Assembly: GCA_965220085.1 (NCBI GenBank) | Contig: CBDCOZ010000003.1 | Coordinates: 704,001-768,000, forward strand | Reading direction: 5' to 3' | Length of the DNA stretch: 64,000 nt | From: Candidatus Oxydemutatoraceae bacterium | GTDB lineage: Bacteria; Pseudomonadota; Gammaproteobacteria; Poriferisulfidales; Oxydemutatoraceae | Part shown: positions 61,984 through 64,000 of the stretch, piece by piece | Layout: each line of letters opens with the position of its first letter | How positions within the stretch are numbered: the first letter of the stretch is position 1 | Notes under the pieces: model-generated | Seen by the model: only the letters and a program-made list of their open reading frames with translations | Told to the model about the DNA's origin: nothing | Databases searched by the model: none | Position numbers and translations under genes: made by a program

Positions 61984-62312
61984 GCAGGGCGGGTATTCTA
62001 GCACTCAGGAGGTTGCGGTACGCAAGGCGCACAACAGCCGCCTCTCCGCAGGGCGGGTATTCTAGCGCTCAGGAGGCCGCGATGTGCGGGGCGCACTATT
62101 CTAGCACTCAGGAGGTTGCGGTATGCAAGGCGCACAACAGCCGCCTCTCCGCAGGGCGGGTATTCTAGCGCTCAGGAGGCCGCGATGTGCGGGGGCGCAC
62201 TATTCTAGCGCTCAGGAGGCCGCGATGTGCGGGGGCGCACTATTCTAGCGCTCAGGAGGCCGCGGTATGCAAGGCGCACAACAGCCGCCTCTCCGCAAGG
62301 CAGGTATCCTGG
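61971..62312. repeat. Compound tandem repeats of tRNA-Ser 5' end/promoter region
   Basis: cagccgcctctccgca.ggc.ggtattctagc and tattctagc(a/g)ctcaggagg units repeated. Confidence 0.85.
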
Positions 62313-62390
62313 CGCTTGCCAACCATGCCCAGCTCTTGCCAACTATGATATGATTTACAAATATGCCTGAATAATCATAGGAGGATTACC

Positions 62391-63050
62391 ATGGAAAGAG
62401 CAATTTCCCATCAACACACTTTAACGTTGGCGACTAACCGCGTCATACGCAACACATATCTGCTGTTATCACTGACGCTCGCTGTCAGCGCGCTAACGGC
62501 CTTGTTTGCCATGGCCGCCAACGCCAGACCCGTGAATTTCATCGTGGTCTTAGCGGTGTTCATCGGCATGCCATTTGTGATACACCGGTTTCGCACCAGC
62601 GTGTGGTCATTGCCACTCACCTTTTTGTTCACCGCGTTCATGGGGTATGTCATCGGCCCGATTCTCGGCTATTATCTGGCCTTGCCGAACGGCTCGCAGA
62701 TTGTGTTCTCCGCCTTCGCGACAACCGCGGTCATGTTCTTCGGCTTGTCGGCGTATGCGCTGGCAACCCGCCGTGACTTCAGTTTCATGCGCGGCTTCCT
62801 GTTCACCGGTCTGATCATCGTCATACTGGCAATCGTTGCGAACTTGTTTCTCAATATTCCGGCGTTATCACTGACCATCTCCGCCGCAGCGGTCATTCTG
62901 ATGACAGGGATGATCCTGTTTGACACCAGCCGCATGGTAAACGGCGGCGAGACCAACTACGTCCTGATGACCGTATCCCTGTTTGCCAACATCTATGTGC
63001 TGTTCATGCACCTGCTCAACTTGTTCTCAGCGCTCTACGGGCACGAATAA
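62391..63050 (+). CDS. yccA: Bax inhibitor-1/YccA family membrane protein
   Basis: NRVIRNTYLLLSLTL, seven TM segments, ILFDTSRM..GGETNY. Confidence 0.92.
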   Translation: MERAISHQHTLTLATNRVIRNTYLLLSLTLAVSALTALFAMAANARPVNFIVVLAVFIGMPFVIHRFRTSVWSLPLTFLFTAFMGYVIGPILGYYLALPNGSQIVFSAFATTAVMFFGLSAYALATRRDFSFMRGFLFTGLIIVILAIVANLFLNIPALSLTISAAAVILMTGMILFDTSRMVNGGETNYVLMTVSLFANIYVLFMHLLNLFSALYGHE

Positions 63051-63077
63051 ATCCGCCCGAGCTTCTGTTTAGAACCG

Positions 63078-63113
63078 ACCCCCGCTATTCTCTGTCAAGA
63101 GAGTAGCGGGGGT
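63078..63113 (+). terminator. Hairpin after yccA (putative terminator)
   Basis: acccccgctattctct-gtca-agagagtagcgggggt; U-tract is weak. Confidence 0.55.
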
Positions 63114-63114
63114 T

Positions 63115-63420
63115 GTCCGCCATGCAACCGCCATGCAATCCGCCCTACAGATGCCCCTGCGGCGCACCCAAGATACACCCGCCGATTCAAGTCGTATCCG
63201 CCGTGCAGTCCGCCACACATCCGTCATGCAACCGCCGTGCAGCCCGCATGCAGTCCGCCCTACAGCCCGCATGCAACCGCCGTGCAGTCCGCATGCAGTC
63301 CGCCCTACAGATGTCCCCACGGCGCACCCAAGATACACCCGCCGATTCAAGTCGTATCCGCCGTGCAATCCGCCACACATCCGTCATGCAGTCCGCCGTG
63401 CAGCCCGCCACAGATGCCCA
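63115..63420 (+). repeat. Compound tandem repeats containing an IS481-derived segment
   Basis: cggcgcacccaagatacacccgccgattcaa x2 resembles 53924-53954; catgca(a/g)(c/t)cgcc motifs. Confidence 0.7.
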
Positions 63421-63511
63421 GTGCGTGTCCAATCTCATCGCCGCCGCATCATGCATGCCTATTGCAAGCGACAAAGGCATGGGTATAAATCAGATACACA
63501 GATTGGAAGTC

Positions 63512-63592
63512 ATGATTATCAGCGTACCCAAAGAATCATTTGCCGGTGAAAAGCGGGTTGCGCTAACCCCCGATGTCGCACGTCGCCGTGCT
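63512..63592 (+). pseudogene. Short duplicated 5' fragment of pntA
   Basis: MIISVPKESFAGEKRVALTPDVA then unrelated sequence. Confidence 0.7.
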
Positions 63593-63704
63593 CCGTTTCG
63601 GGGAAGGGCAGGCCGCGCCGCGCCGCCGAGCGTCGCCGCATAATGCATGCCTATTGCAAGCGACAAAGGCATAGGGTATAAATCAGATACACAGCTTGGA
63701 AGTC

Positions 63705-63965
63705 ATGATTATCAGCGTCCCCAAAGAATCATTTGCCGGTGAAAAGCGGGTTGCGCTAACCCCCGATGTCGCACCGCGCATAGCCAAGTTGGGTTATGTG
63801 TTGCGCATAGAGCGCGGCGCGGGCGCGGCCGCCGGCTTTGCCGATGCCGACTACGAACAAGCGGGCGTCGCGCCGACGGATGCCGTTGCGATTTGGCGCG
63901 ATACCGACATCATCATGAAGGTGCGACCGGTGAGCGCAGAAGAAGCCGACAAGATTGGGCGCGGC
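63705..63965 (+). pseudogene. pntA: NAD(P) transhydrogenase alpha N-terminal fragment, interrupted by a third promoter copy
   Basis: MIISVPKESFAGEKRVALTP...ERGAGAAAGFADADYEQAG...DIIMKVRP; alanine dehydrogenase cannot be fully excluded. Confidence 0.6.
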
Positions 63966-64000
63966 CGCCGCATCATGCATGCCTATTGCAAGCGACAAAG

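Overview
Gammaproteobacterial-type chromosome segment. Housekeeping blocks are tRNA-Leu/tig-clpPX-lon-hupB-tRNA-Val/Asp-ppiD, fabI, a peptide ABC transporter, rnhA-dnaQ, holA-purL-msrQ, glyA-nrdR-ribD-ribE-ftsB-ispDF-yoaA-tsaB, yccA and pntA 5' fragments. Two accessory systems interrupt them. (1) A family of eight secreted-protein genes at 0.9-3.7 kb and 30.8-39.7 kb. They share an extended signal peptide and an almost invariant C-terminal tail, (L)RLRLRLFLEGPLR*, around interchangeable Cys-rich or Ig/cadherin-like passenger modules. The first gene behind each promoter carries a 17-23 nt poly-C tract that puts it out of frame (candidate phase variation). The genes are joined by repeated tail-RBS-leader linkers, and an imperfect hairpin spans most of the stop codons. 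(2) A defence array at 51-62 kb punctuated by three tRNA-Ser(TGA) copies. It holds a GmrSD-like DUF262 gene and two type II R-M units (EcoRV-like and MvaI/BcnI-like) whose methyltransferases are each fused behind a complete LexA repressor/autoprotease, preceded by paired CGAA-N5-TTCG-like boxes. Also present are IS1595 and IS481 elements and remnants, arsC/copAB, and several tandem repeats with a 64-66 bp period. All family calls come from motif recognition by eye; no database search was run.
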